Assembly: GCF_006345805.1 (NCBI RefSeq)
Contig: NC_043013.1
Span: forward strand, 24,304,001-24,368,000
Direction: 5' to 3'
From: Octopus sinensis
Taxonomy: Eukaryota
Length of the DNA stretch: 64,000 nucleotides
In this document: positions 34,861 through 49,800 of the stretch, piece after piece
Layout: each line of letters opens with the position of its first letter
Numbering within the stretch: the stretch's first letter is position 1
Notes under the pieces: generated by a model
What the model was told of the DNA's origin: nothing
Seen by the model: the letters and a program-made list of their open reading frames with translations, nothing else
The model's database searches: none
Program-made: the position numbers and the translations under genes

Positions 34861-36431
34861 GACCATACATATATTTAAATATAAATGTATATTCATACAT
34901 AATATATGAACAAACCGCCAACTTGACTGTTTATAAGCCCGAACTTAGCTTGTAAAAAGTAAAAGAAAAAAGGCAAATAGTCTCGAGTGGAGATATAATA
35001 TAATTTAGGACACTTTGATAAGAATAAAATCATAGTGACATAGTAACGCTTGTCCTTAGTTATTGTCAATGAAGGCGAGTTTCATAAACAAGGGAATGGT
35101 TGTTTTTATGAATGGGGTGAGCGGGGATTTTGGTGAAGTTACTGTTGGAGTTGACACGCAGCAGTAGTTATTTCAAAGACAATAAACTCTTTGTAAGTTT
35201 GGTTAGCATACTATAAAAACATGTCACGTTGTTCTATCAACTCAACCGCTTCATAAAAATAGAGGCGGATTTCGAAGAAATTGCCTACGACTATATCTTT
35301 CATTTTCAGTCGATAATAAATTATTCGGCACTTTACTGCTTCTTATAAGGCTCACTCTACTCACGAAGTACATGCCATAAACTTCCTGTTAATTCTGATT
35401 TGAAAACTGACCCCAGACTCGTTATTGTAACTTTTCTCGGGTCCTTGATATTTTAGTCTTACATATGGTAACTTGCTGATATAAACTCTTCTGTTGGTTA
35501 TGACACTTTGCTGACACCGTAACCTTTTTACGTGTCATGACTTATGAATGACGCAGCAGACTGGTTGAAGCGAAAGAAAACGATTCTCTGTGAAATGTAT
35601 TAAAAAGTTCTTCATTTCATGAATTTTTTTTCTTCAACCTCGATCAAGCAGGCATGATCCAGTTGTTGCCGCTCGCCTTTACGTTTTAGGCATAGTTTAT
35701 CTAGGACTACAATATCCACTGTTTTTGTATTTTTAAATTTTAATTTGACAGAGATTAGGATGGTTATTATTTGGTGGGCAAAAACAACAAGAGCCATATC
35801 AATTGAATCGTCGGGTCGGAAGCTTATTGTTTCTTCACTATAAAACATCGCACGCACACACACACACACACACACACAATATTTTTTAATTAATTTAATT
35901 AATTGATTTAGTTGAAGCCATAAGCAGTTACTTTTCAGTTTCCGCGTCTAAATGCTTCGCTAAAGTAGTTATGGCAGAACAAAACAAAAAACAGATGTTA
36001 ATGCAGACGAGAGAAAAAATTGAACATACGGATCCAATTGGCTAAACAAAGACCTTACGTTAATAACGTAGAATCGACCATGATTCAACAGAAACCTCTT
36101 TGGTACAATCACAAATCAACAACCGAGACACATTAAAATATATAATGAACGTTTTAGACTAATCTCTCACTATGATCTGACTTTCGGTTGGGAGTTATTT
36201 TCCCTCATCGGAAATATCAAAGGGTGACATGAACGTGGCGGAGAAAATTATCAGCTTTCTCGGGGTCCGAAGATTTTGGCGGCTCCTCCCAGAACAAATG
36301 ACGATGTACTTTCTAAGATATTTATTTACTTTTTCACGCTCACTATTTCTACCCACAACATATATGTATAAGTGGTGGGTGGGGGAGTGTATACAACATA
36401 TTTTATATATATATATATACACGCACACACA

Positions 36432-36652
36432 CAGTGATCCCCTCACCATATCGCGGTTCTCCTATTGCGGTTTATTAAGCTTACATCGATTCCTCCGTGG
36501 TGTTGTTTTGCATTTATAATAAAATAAATGTATATACAAACTATTAATATAATAAAAAAAATATACAGTACAGTACTGTTTCTACTTCGCAGATTTTCCC
36601 CTATCAAGCGCGTTTTTGAAACGTAACACCCGCGATAGTCGAGGGATTACTG
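36432..36652. mobile_element. pogo/Tigger-like MITE
   Basis: TIRs cagtgatcccctcaccatatcgcgg / ccgcgatagtcgagggattactg, with TA on the right side. Confidence 0.75.
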
Positions 36653-36657
36653 TACTA

Positions 36658-36903
<246 letters not shown>

Positions 36904-36912
36904 CATATTACT

Positions 36913-39440
36913 TGCAACGCAAATGTTGGTATGGGGTGGCCGGAAGAAACTGGCGGTTTGCTCAGCCGAGACCCCGCCAAAACTACAGGGACCTTAAGGA
37001 GAAATACTTGCCAGAGGAGTCACCAATCGTCTCCAAAGAGAAAGTATTCAGATGCAGTGCGCTCTTCAGGTGTAATGCAAAAGACAGCAGCTGAACAAGT
37101 TTTCTTTTGTGCATGGCGCAAAAGATTGTGCAGCTGACTTGGCTACATCAAGCTCAAACACGGAACCTTGCTCACACTGCGCAAGACCACCACAATCAAC
37201 AGTCACGGGACGGCCTCCCCTAACGCCAGCACATGTAAGCTGAACTTCCACAAATCGAACAATCTGAACTTCCACAAATCGATCTAAAAAGAGATCCTTA
37301 GACGGGACTGGCCGAAATTTCTCTCCACTCCAGACATTGACATGAAACTAGAATATTTCATGTCTGTTATGCAAACTATATGCCAGAAATATGTCCCAGA
37401 GCACAAGGACGGCACAAATAAGGAACAAGATTCGAAAGGAGAGAAAGATCCTCATGAGATGACGGACGAAGGTTGTAAATCGCTTCAACCAATATCCCAA
37501 AAGATCCTGCCTAAAAACAACACTGATGAAAATTGGGAAAAGCCTGCAACAATCCTATGTGAAGGAGAGAGCAGACAAAGAAGCCTGGGTTATAAAAAAC
37601 ATCAAGGCAACCATAAAGGCCTTCTTTCATTATTCCAAAGAAACAGTATCAGTACGCTGCAAAATAGGACCCCTCTTCCAAGAGGATGGCTCTCTCACAG
37701 ATAGTCCAACCAGGATCAGTGAGATACTGAATGACTAGTTCAAAAGTGCCTTTACCACACCGTTGGAACACAGGCAAGTGAACGAATCAGTGGACTTCTT
37801 TGCCGCCTCTCCTATAACCAGCGAAGCAGTTACGATGGATTACATCGACATTAGTGAAGAAGATATATTACTAGCCATAGATGAGGTGGACGTAAACTCA
37901 ACTGCTAGACCTGATGGTTTCCCAGCATTCTTCCTCAAATCGTGTAAGCGTGCCCTGGCGAAACCTCTCTAGATTCTCTTCCAGAGCATTCTTGCAAATG
38001 GCAAGCTGCCAAGCAAACTGAAGGAGGGAACAATATGTCAAATCCATAAAGGGGGAAGCAGAGCAGATGCCAAAAATTATAGGCCTATTTCTCTGACTTC
38101 ACACATCAGCAAAGTCATGGAACAAATAGTCAGAGGGAAACTAATCGCAATCCTTGAAGGAAGCGATTTGCTGAGTGATACCCAGCATGGTTGTCGACCA
38201 GGTAGGAGCTGCCTGACCCAGCTCCTACAGTACCATGACTGGGTGTTGAAGTAGTTACTCAACAGTTCAAATGTGGACGTACTATACCTTGACTTTGCAG
38301 AAGCTTTTGATAAAGTGGATCATGGTATGATATACCACAAACTGCGCGACATTGGCGTAGCTGGAAAACTTGGAGCTTGGTTACATGACTTTCTGAAAGT
38401 TAAACGTCAGGCAGAAGTGGCCAGTGGAGCCATTTCAAAGAAAACACAAATAGCAAGTGGTGTTTCACAGGGCACTGTTTTGAAACCACTGATTTTCATA
38501 GTGACCTTCTCAGATATGCCCTCATCTGCCCGGATAGCCACTTTTGCTAGCTACGCAGACAATACGAAAGTATCACAGAAAATACGAAACTCTAGCGATG
38601 TTGCACGCCTGCAGAAGGAGTTGGACGCAATTTACAGATGGGCTGAGCACAATAATATACAGTTTAATGCTGGAAAATTCCAAGCCCTGCGCTACCAGCA
38701 CCCAAAACCGAACGAAAAACTTAGAGTACACTGGCCCAGGAGCGATAACAATTCCAGAACCTAAATCAGTGCGGGACCTGGGTATCGACATGAGTGATGA
38801 TATCTCTTTCCAAGTGCACATTACCAAGATGGCAACAAAGTGCAGACGGCTAGCTGGCTGGATCCTGAGAATCTTCAGAACCAGAGAGAAAGAAACCATG
38901 ATGGTCCTCTTGAGGACATTCGTCCTCAGCCGCCTTGACTAGTGCTCCCAGCTATGCTCATCCCACAGTGTAAAATTAACAGTGGACCTTGAAGCAATCT
39001 AGCGAAGCTTCACAAAGAAGATCGTTTCATTGAAACAGCTCAGCTACTGGTAAAGGCTGAAACAGCCAGGACGCTACTCCCTGGAGAGGCGGGAGAGATA
39101 TGTAGTAATATACATCTGGAATATTCCGGAAGGCATTGTGCCAAATTTTGGCATTGAAAGCTACACAAATGTCAGCACAGATCGCCACTGCACAGTGCCA
39201 AAGATCCAAACAATGCCGTCACGCTTCAGGACCAATCAATGCAACAGCCTAGGTTTCAAAGGCCCATAGCTTTTTAATATTCTCTCAATGTGTCTGAGGG
39301 ACCTACACAAAGTGGATGTAGGGCGGCAACATCAAACTCCTTTATTCACTAAATGCTACATATCAGAGGAGGCCCTTGATAATAACAATGTAGCAAAACG
39401 GCGGTACCTCAGCTTGGCCACAACTTTGAACTGAAACTGA
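36913..39440 (+). pseudogene. Decayed CR1-group (CR1/L2/Crack/Daphne-like) LINE reverse transcriptase, 5'-truncated
   Basis: Motifs NYRPISLTSHISKVME, QHGCRPGRSCLTQLL, DVLYLDFAEAFDKVDH, SGVSQGTVLKPLIF, YADNTK (YADD-like) and SVRDLGI. Frameshifts and stops throughout; short-repeat tail tgaactgaaactga. Confidence 0.92.
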
Positions 39441-40334
39441 TCTTATATATATATATAAAGTAAAAGTAAGTACATGAGGGAGTGGACAAACGAAAGAAAG
39501 GGTACTCAATATATTTATTGGCATTTACATTTATTATTCTAAACAGTTTGATTCGGATTCCACGAGTTTAGTTTAATGGCCTACCAATGTATACAAGTGA
39601 GTTTATTTGCCCAAGAAGTCGGGAAGACACTCGGAAAGAAATGAAAACAAAATTGAAAGAAGAAGAAAAAATTATAATAATGCTTTCAAGTTTTGGCAGA
39701 AGCTCTGCAATTTCGGCGGAGGTCGATTAGATCGATCCCAGTGCTGAACCTATTGCATTCGACCCCGAAAGGATGAAAGGTAAAGTCGACCTTGTGACGT
39801 CATACCTGAGTAGTTAGTTACTTCTGTTTTTTGTCCCCTGGAACTTTTTACCAAACATTGGTTTGGTTGCTAGCAAACGGTTAATGCTATGCTTTATATG
39901 TTGTTTGGTCTCGCTGTTGGCCAGATGAAATCGCCCTTCAACTTGCATTTGTTTTCAAGGCACGTACGTTCATTGTTTTAAATAAGACTGTAACGTAACT
40001 GAAACCGCCCTTGTTTCTATCCTATCACCCCCACCGTCAGTAGAGTTACCATTCTGTCCCCGTCATCCTCCTGCCATCGACCTACATTTCCATAATTAAA
40101 AAATGATGACGATGACGACGACGATGAAAACGACAATGGTGGTAGTGATGACGATGATGATGATGATGCGTAGGAGGGGAATATAAATATATCTCGAAGC
40201 TTCAGAAAAAAAAGAAATGTGACACAGTAATTCTATTGTGCATTTGAAGAACTTGCAACGTTCGTAAGTTTATGGAAATGACGGATGGAAGGAAATAATT
40301 TTATTTAGTTCTGAAGTATCGGACCGAGGGGAAT

Positions 40335-40565
<231 letters not shown>

Positions 40566-42307
40566 TACAGAGGTCTTTATTTCGAGTACAATTACGGATA
40601 AATTACATAAAAAGACCAAAAGAGTTGAATGAATGACATAGAATCATTTCTGGAGGTCAACGTAGCTGCAATGTTGCTATTTAACCCCCATAACCAGGAT
40701 CACGTATAATCAAATGATTTCTGAACATCTGTTTTTTTGTATACCAAGGACTATATTTTTCAATATGACCTTCTTTAGTTAAAACGTTCAAGCGTAACTT
40801 GAGAGGAATTTAATTGCTATTTCTATTAGATGCAGCAATCCAATAGAAGTTTCCTCCTTTTAATATTTGATTAATTAAGATATTTTTCGGCTGCCAGTTG
40901 CATTAATGCAAAGTGGTATCATCATTTGTTGGACTTTGTTTGGTTAGTTATATTTAGTAGCAAAACGAGAACTAGTAAATAATAACGAACGACAGAAAGG
41001 ATGAAGATAACGATGAATCTTAGAAATAAGAAAGAAAAAATACAAATAAAAGACGAGGCAGAAAAAATGGAAAAGGAATAAAAAAAAATAAAGTTGTAGA
41101 TGGGAGTACAGTTAGAAAAATAAAACAGGAGTTCTGTTGAATTACAATTGGAAGACGATGAGTTTTAGAAAATGAATACAAAGAGTGAAAAACAGAGACT
41201 AGTGTTGACAGTAGTAAAATAATGTCGGGAATGTTGAACGGTTTTTGCTGACGATATAAATACATTCTTTGGCGCTTTCTTTTCTTTCTTTGTAAAACGT
41301 TTCTTATTGTGATATAGGTTGGATAGAACAAGTAGAAGCAGCAACTTGTACTAACACACTCTGTTAATTATGACTAACCAATTTATTGTTCTATTTCTGT
41401 TTTGATCACGTGTTTGCGAGTGATGAAGTATTGAGCCTGGAATCTGGAAATGATTAAAAAATATATATAAATAAATGAAAATAGATAATTAAAAATGTAG
41501 AAAGAAGGCACAGGTATATTTTCAATGCTATCATTTAAAGTAAGCATCTACACACAGCTGAAGTCTATTTCTGTCTTGAACAATTCACGTAACAACAAAT
41601 CGTTGCTAGTTTAGAAACGTAATGTCAAGGTTTTAGATTGATTATAACATGAAATCAAGCACGACAACAGTTTACGACACATTGCCAACCATTTGTAATC
41701 TATCCAGAGCCAATATGCATGATTTCTTTCCCTAGTTGACCATGTTGAGCTATATTATAGCTTACCATCTTTCAAGTTGGTCAATACAACATAAACACTA
41801 CATCTTTTCATAGGATGGCATGCGGTACACCCCACCACATATTTACACTCATTTACACACACACGTTTACACACACACACATTTACACACACACATATTT
41901 ACACACACATATGTTTACACACACATATTTTCACGCATACACACACATACACACAACAAAACTAAAATGATCGAACTCGTTAGAGATATTTCCTTTCTTG
42001 ATCCGACAAGTCAACAAACGACCGTTGGTGGCTTCCTTGAAAGGTGTTGTGTGGTTGTCATGAAATGTAGTGGTTTCTTGTTGCCTTACTTTAGAATTTA
42101 TTAAGAGACACCCTCTTGTTACCTTCAACCACCTCTGAGAAAGTGAAAGAGAATGGGAGAGAGAGAAGTAGAAGAGAAGGTGAGAATGATAGAGGAAGAA
42201 GAAGAATCTACCATAATTCTTGAGTGGTACTTAATTATCAACCCCAAAAAGATGAAGGATAAAGTTGACTTTGGTAAGGTAAAACAACAACAACAACAAT
42301 AATAATA

Positions 42308-42640
42308 ATGAAGGTGAAAACAATACCAATAATAATCGGAGCATTGGGCATGATAAAAAAAACATATGAACAAAAACGTAGAAGCTATACCTGGATCCTC
42401 AACACTACACACTATCCAAAAAATAACTCTGCTAGAAACAGTCCACGTCCTACGCAAGCTACTATCAATTCAATAATACAACCTAAACAGAACAACCCAC
42501 AAATACAAGACATGCTCTATACAACCATTATCCAGTGAAATAAACTCCCATCAGCAAGCTAGATAACCAATGCATTACATACTTAACGCTCAACACAAGT
42601 AGCAATGCAAAAAAAGGACTGCACCATACCTCCTTTGACA
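42308..42640 (+). mobile_element. Dong/R4-type retrotransposon extreme 3' fragment
   Basis: KVKTIPIIIGALGMIKK...(frameshift) ITLLETVHVLRKLLS matches the C-terminus of RLE-type elements. It directly follows a (caa)(taa) tract. Confidence 0.65.
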
Positions 42641-43354
42641 ATTGCGTTACCAATTTTAAGAGCTTGTGAGTGCTTGATCTAAAACCAGTTGGATATAAAC
42701 CTTAAAAGGTGACAAAATGTGCATTTCTTATGTGTAACGGGGGAACATCGTAGCTATGTGTTGAGAGAGATTTTTGGGATTTGAAGAATTCATCTGTGGA
42801 AACATGGGTCTTTCGTTCATCATCCTTAAACAACCTTTATTAAAGGACCTTTTGAGTGGAAGGGTTGCTCTTCCTTAGGAAAATTATAACTGGGCCCTAC
42901 CTGCAAGGTCATGCACTGTTTATCTTGATATAGGGTCACCATGTCACACACATATGACTGTAATGCATGTGCCTAGTGTACCTTTATCAGACGAGTGGTC
43001 ATGAGGGGTGTATTGGGCTTTGTATATTTGTACCCCAGCGTCACTTTGAAGGAGTGTGCTGCTCTCTCACTCAATAACAACAACAACAACAACAACAATA
43101 ATAATAATAAACATGGTACATCACACGTATTGAGAAGATCATTGTCGCTGTGAATTCTTTCCCCTTTTCTCACTTTTTTTTGTTTACTTTTTAATTTTTT
43201 TCCTTGTCTTTCTTCCCCCTTTTCTCTATCACGACTTTGTAAATGGATAATTTGGTGCGTTTATTTTAGTGGCCTACCAATGTATACAGTGCGTTTCTCT
43301 GCCCTAGGTGACAGGAAGACACTCGGCAAGAGAAGGAAACAGAATTGAAAGAAG

Positions 43355-43391
<37 letters not shown>

Positions 43392-43967
43392 TAAAACAAA
43401 ATCCCTTAAAATTTGAAATGATATCTATGTTAACCTTGCAGTTCCTGTTGCTTACTATCCGAAATTGTGACAACTCAGCATCTAATAAATCCTCTCTCTA
43501 GATACAACCTGGGTGATTCAATACGATTTATCCAAGTCCACATTGGAACATTCGCGAAATCCAATCGTTACCTGTCGAAAGCTACTATTTGAGCAGCTTT
43601 GAGTGGCATTCCTTTTACTTCACCTCTCCTCTCGGTTATTCTCACAGAACCCCACATGCGTCCAAGATGCCATTCTATTCTCTTACTAACGCTAATAGCT
43701 AGAATGTTTCTAAGAATGATTGTGGACGCCTAAAGAAATCTGGACTCTTTATCACCAGCAGCGGCGTAAACGGTTATTAGTCCGAAAGCACCGTCTTTGC
43801 TGCTGCTAAAACCCAGATCAACTATTGATGTAGTCATGAGTTGCACAAAGGATAAATTGATGAAAATGAATTAGAATTCCTTTTATATTCCAAAATGGAT
43901 GAAGTTGGAGAAACTCTCAGAAGAAATCGTTGTTTCAAAGTTTGAGAAAACTTTGTTGAATGTTTTT

Positions 43968-44371
43968 TACTCTTTATTCTTTTACTTGTTTCAGTCATTT
44001 GACTGCGGTCATGCTGGAACACCACCTTCAGTCGAATAAAATCGATCCCAGAACTCAGTCTTTGTAAGACTAGTAATTATTCTATCAGTCTCTTTTTGCC
44101 GAACCGTTAAGTGGCGGGGACGTAGAAACACCTGCATCGGTTGCCAAGCGATGTTGGGGGGACAAACACAGACACAAATAGCAAACACACACATAAATAC
44201 AGTCAAATGACGGGCTTATTTCAGTTTCCGTCTACCAAATCTACTCACAAGGCTTTGGTCGGCCTGAGGCTATAGCAGAAGACACTTGCCCAAGGTGCCA
44301 CGCAGTGGGACTGAACCCGGAACCATGTGGTTGGGGAGCATGCTTCTTATCACACAGCCACTCCTGCACCT
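43968..44371 (-). mobile_element. SINE family A, full length
   Basis: Reverse complement of 1680-2090. Confidence 0.9.
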
Positions 44372-45940
44372 GATATTTTTTTAATGGCCAGTTTAATAAA
44401 TTTGGGGAAATAGAAGTTAAACATCTTTGTGTTAAATAAAACTTGCAAGATAATATTTAATTGCTTACCAGAATGAAAATGGATCCAACACATCTTGTCT
44501 TAGAACCATTTAAATGTTAATTAATTATTTGATTAGTTTTGTGAAATTAATTTTTAATTTCATGAAATTATCTCCCCTTTCTTTGAGAATCCTTAACAAT
44601 TATCACTGGATTCCTTCCTACGAAGAAAAATTCCAATGAACTGTGAATTTCTATTATTTGTTATTAAGAACATCATCCTTGCCTGGCTTTTCTAAATTTC
44701 TGGCATCGGATCGCTTGAGTTATTTTCCTTATTTAAAACAAACAATATTTTCTTAGCAACATAACTCCATGATTCTATTATAGAAGAGAAACTACGTCAT
44801 GAGTCGGTGTAATCTCAGTTCTACATATTACTTCACAAGAATATTATTCTGCAGATTGGTTGCGTTATGTACTCACCGCTAAATACCTTTCCATGTGTGC
44901 AATATCACGTTTAATGTAACCGTGTGCAGAGAAATTCAATATCAATAATGTAGCCTCTAGTAACAGCGCAAATGTAAGTGTTGTTGAAAACAAACATGTT
45001 AGTGGGTCACTAATGAAGGCACTAATTATGCAATGACGCAAACGATGATGATGATGGTGGTGGTGGTGGTGGTGATGAACAGTGGAACATATTGAAAAAT
45101 CCCTCTATAATAGCAATGAAGTATCACCTTGAAGTCTTAAATGAATAATTTAATGAACTCTTTTTCCCAAAGATTAATCTGCAACTAGAAACGTAAGATT
45201 TAATTTGTAGAAAGAAGTATTAAATAGAAAATATTCTTCGTATATTTTGTAACTATTTCCACAGTTTTACTACAATGAAACCTAACTGCAATTAGAATTA
45301 TGTTTATATTCTCATTAAACTATTTCGGAATGCGTACTTTATTAGCAGAAGTCTTGAAGAAAGGGGTTTTATGTTAGCGAAATAACAACGTTGTCTTTGA
45401 AATAATGAGAGAACGTTGTCTTTGTTATTGAAAACAAAATAAATGCAAAAACAGAAACTATAAACTTATCCTATTAAAAAACTGATAACATGGCAGTGTT
45501 TAAGAAGCTTGCTTCGTAACTATGTCACTTTAAGGTTAATCACACTGCCCGACACTTTGGACAAGTGAATCCTACTAGCGCTCAGAGTCGACCAAAATCT
45601 TGTGAATGGAAATTGGTAAGCAGGAACTGAGTAGAATTCTGTTGGTAAAGCCATTTCTGTTCTTGAGTGTGAGATTTACCAATTCTTTCAACCAGCATCT
45701 GAAGCTTATTTCTTGGGTAACTTTAGCGGAATCCATTCTGTTTGAAATATTCAAACCAAATCTTAGCTGCTTCTTTTCCGTCCAGCATTCTCTGTGTTCC
45801 TGAATAAAGCCTTAAAAGAGCTACTCTTCTTCGCCTGGTTTGGCCATTTCTCCACACACTCTCACAACTAATCAAAATAACTGAAATCTTCACAAGATTA
45901 CCAAAACAGATGAGTTAATCCGTTTTACATACGAACTATA

Positions 45941-45980
<40 letters not shown>

Positions 45981-46524
45981 CGCGTGAGTACATGTGTGTG
46001 TAAGTTATTCTGAATAGATATTATTAAATATAAGTAACTGTTGGTAGACTTTAGGCTCTAAATTTGCAGATAATAAACTTTCTATAACGTTCACGCTTTT
46101 CCAAAATCATTAGCGGCCAAATGACAGGAAATCGCTTCAAGACAGGATTGAAACCGGATCGAGATTTCGCTTTTTAGTTATCTTCTTACTTTACAAGCAT
46201 CAACTACAATGTTGTTTGATATCGATTTTTGGCATAGGCATAATCAATAATTTGTTTTGCATTTTTTTCAAGCTTTTTGTTGAGGGTCCAAGTTTCAGTA
46301 CCATAATACAAAACCGACTCAATTTACGTGCCATCTTAGAACTTCAAATTTTACAGTTTGTGACACACACTCCAAGCAAGTACTTTCCTTATAGCAAAGT
46401 TCTTTTTACTATTTTCCACCCAAGCACCAAATACTTGAAGTTACTAACTTCCTTAAATTCTTTTCCGTTTCTTGCACAAAGAGGTGATTTGGTTGCTCGG
46501 GATCTGAATAAAAAAAAAAAATAG

Positions 46525-46870
46525 ACGGCTGCTACACAGGAATATTAAGGATGGCTCTGAATGTTATATGGAGAGTTCATTTAACCAACGAGCAGTTTTA
46601 TTAAGGTCTACGCAAAGTGGCTGAGAAGATTCATCAAAGAATGAAAATTGCAAGTCATTGCGGCAAGCACCCAGAAGAACCTCTGTCAACTGGTCAAATG
46701 TTAGGCAGTTGAAGGAAGAATGAACAGGGGAAGAAAATGTCTAACCTATGTGGACAACTTGCTTAAGGACAGTGGAATGGTAAACGTTGACAAATTAAGA
46801 ACATGCATGAAGGACCGTGATGGATGGCGTGCTCACGTGACATCATTGAAGCGTCCAGGAGGACGGTCAA
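46525..46870 (+). pseudogene. RTE/RTEX-like LINE C-terminal fragment
   Basis: DGCYTGILRMALNVIWRVHLTNEQ...RGRKCLTYVDNLLKDSG...MKDRDGWR. Confidence 0.7.
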
Positions 46871-49800
46871 ACAAAAACTGTTTTGTGTGTGTGAGCGGTA
46901 TGGTCGAGCCTGTTATTAACTGGTACTTTATTTTATTAGCTTCTACACGAAAGAATGAAAAGGACGTAACTAAATACCATAATTTATGTTGTCCGTCACT
47001 CTATCGATTCTGACAATCCGCCACCTCTGTCAGGTAGAGTACATTTCTAATTTCAACCTCTTAAATTATACAATTTATTTTCTTCCTATCATCACCCAAC
47101 AAATTTCTTTGATCCAAGACGACTCCATCTATTTTTTTTAAGGCAAATGATAATTATTTCTGTAAATGTTGTTATTCATTAGACATTTTGACAGTTTCTC
47201 AATGGAAGAATTCCCAGAAAATTACACAATGCACGTCTTATCTCTCGAAGAGAATGATAAGATTGCAGATCGCCGGACAAACTATCTTTTTGTTAATTAA
47301 GTCTCTTTACTTTCTTTGCTGAAATCCTCGAGAGCAGAATATATTTCAGTGTTGGTTTAGGCACAAACGATTTAATTTTCTTTCTAATTTGGGAAGATTT
47401 TAACCAAGCACATCTTCAAATACCACAACATGACATGTGTGTAGTTTGTGAAAAAGAGAAATTTGTTATATTTATTTCAAAATCAAAGAATGATGGATAG
47501 CGTTAGACTTCTCAAATACTGATTTTCTTTTGCAGGGAAGACTGTTTATTTTGGTCAGATATGGATGTTTCCTAATGTATCATTATAGAATGCATTGGGA
47601 AATGCAGAATTATTTATGTAAAACGGAATGGAATTCAGATTCATTACTTATTTTAGGAAATCCGTTTACAAATCTTCATCTTCAACAGAGAATGGTTTCT
47701 AATTTTGGCTCAAGGCTAGCAATTCTGGGGAAGGGATTAAATCGTTTATGTCGAAGCAGCAAATACTATAATGAGAAACAAAAAATATTAGTTATATCAT
47801 TGTTCTATTTGCGTAAAGACACCATCTTACGAATGGCATCATGAGTCTAAAAGAAAGATTTAGTATCTTAAAATGTTTAAATATTTTTGCAATGACGAGA
47901 ATTTAAATCAGGAACTATTATGACGATGATATCTGTGATGTCGTTGTTAAGTTGTTATATCAGAATACTCAAGAGTGGCTTGACAGGAACCTGAATAGAA
48001 CGGAGGAACGGGGGGAGTATTTTGGAGGTCTGAACTCAGAATTGTCTTTAGTCGACGACACAGAATCATATTTTGTTTTTGTTCTGTAAACTCAAAGGCA
48101 AACTCTTCAAATTTCTAAGGTTTTGGGGTAATTTTTCCTCGCCAAAATTTAATTATTTATATTTTACAACACTTGTATGGGAAAAAAATCGTAAATTCGA
48201 TTCAAGATCATTTTTGAACGCAACCATTCGCTTTCAAAATTTACCGAAGTGTTTTCTACAAAACACCGGAAAATATTAATTTCAAATTGTGGCACAAGGC
48301 TAGCAATTTCGTGGGAGGAGGAGGTAAGTCGAGTACGTCGATCCAAGTGCTCAATTGGTACGTATTTTATCGAGCCCCCACCCTCGGCGAATTTGAACCA
48401 GAAACATGAAGGACCATAATTATGAAGATCTTAAGGTATTCAGTATTTACCACTTCTGTCAAAAAATAACACTACTTAAGGCTCATGATCGTAAGGTCGT
48501 CAGTTCGACTCCTGACTCATGTGCCGCGTTGTGTCCTTGAGCAAGGTTATTCATTTCTCATTGCATCACTGCATATCAACTAGGCGTAGGTAGGAAGTTT
48601 TATCTCTTCAGCTATCACATCCTCGATTTTCCGCTTGGTCAAATGTTGTGGGGGGTCAAAACAGTGTCCCCTAAATAAGCACTAAAACGCTTTGCCGAAG
48701 TACGACGTTTTCACGTTATACTCGCTTGCCAGTGACGGCCAGGATATTTTCTTTACGTAGGCACAAGGGCCTCAAATGTGATGGAAGGACTGTAGCTGAT
48801 TAGAATGACTCACTACCGCCAGAACCTGAGAAGGATGAAAAATTGGCCTTAGCAGGATTTGATCTCAGAAATATAAGCAACACAACTAAATGTCGCAAGG
48901 TACTTTTCTGTCTTTCTACTGATTCTACAAATCCACCGTCATTGAACTACAACTATTTTGTCTTTTAGCTGTCGAACGCCTTTACTTTTCGGTAAAACTA
49001 AAGCCACAAGTTTTATACTTCCGCACACGTTCAATATATGTATTTATTCACATATATTCAACGTATGAGTATCATACATTTTCTGCGTCCCCCTGTACAA
49101 AACATAGATACATATGCATAAACAGTAGACACTTTGATATATATTTCCGGAACTTTGTTATAGCATGGACATCAAAGATCATTTCTTTATACAGCTACGG
49201 GTAACAGTTCTTTGGTATCATTACCTTTTCCCATTTTTTTATTACCACCCTCCCCCCACCAAAAAAAAAAAGATAAAGGAAAAAATAGAGAGAGAGAGAG
49301 AGAAAAGACCGTTATAATTACAAGTAAAACATAATGGCAATATTATTCCAAATATTTCTTTGATCTCTAAGCCATGAAATATTTTGAAGTTTGTTCTGTT
49401 TTCTAAAGCAATTTTCGTATTTCGTACGTGGCACATATACTCAACAAATTATCAATCATTTTATGTACCGAGTTTGTGGTTACCGTGTCGAATTAATAAT
49501 ATATTTTCCTCACAGATACACAGGAATTGCGTGCGTGCCCAAACATACGAACAAATATTTACGACTACCACCACGACACGCGAACACTTCCACTCACACA
49601 TATTTATTCATTTGAACCCATAAATGCACATATTTACAAGCAGACATAATTGTTATGACGTAAAACTCGTTATCAACTTAAACTATTTCATTGTCAATCT
49701 TAACAGCAACATTACTTACATTACAGTTTATTTCTAAACAGCTTTTGTTCGGCAAGTTATTGAGGTAGCAGTTCTCTCTCTAACCTCGTAACCTCTTTGT

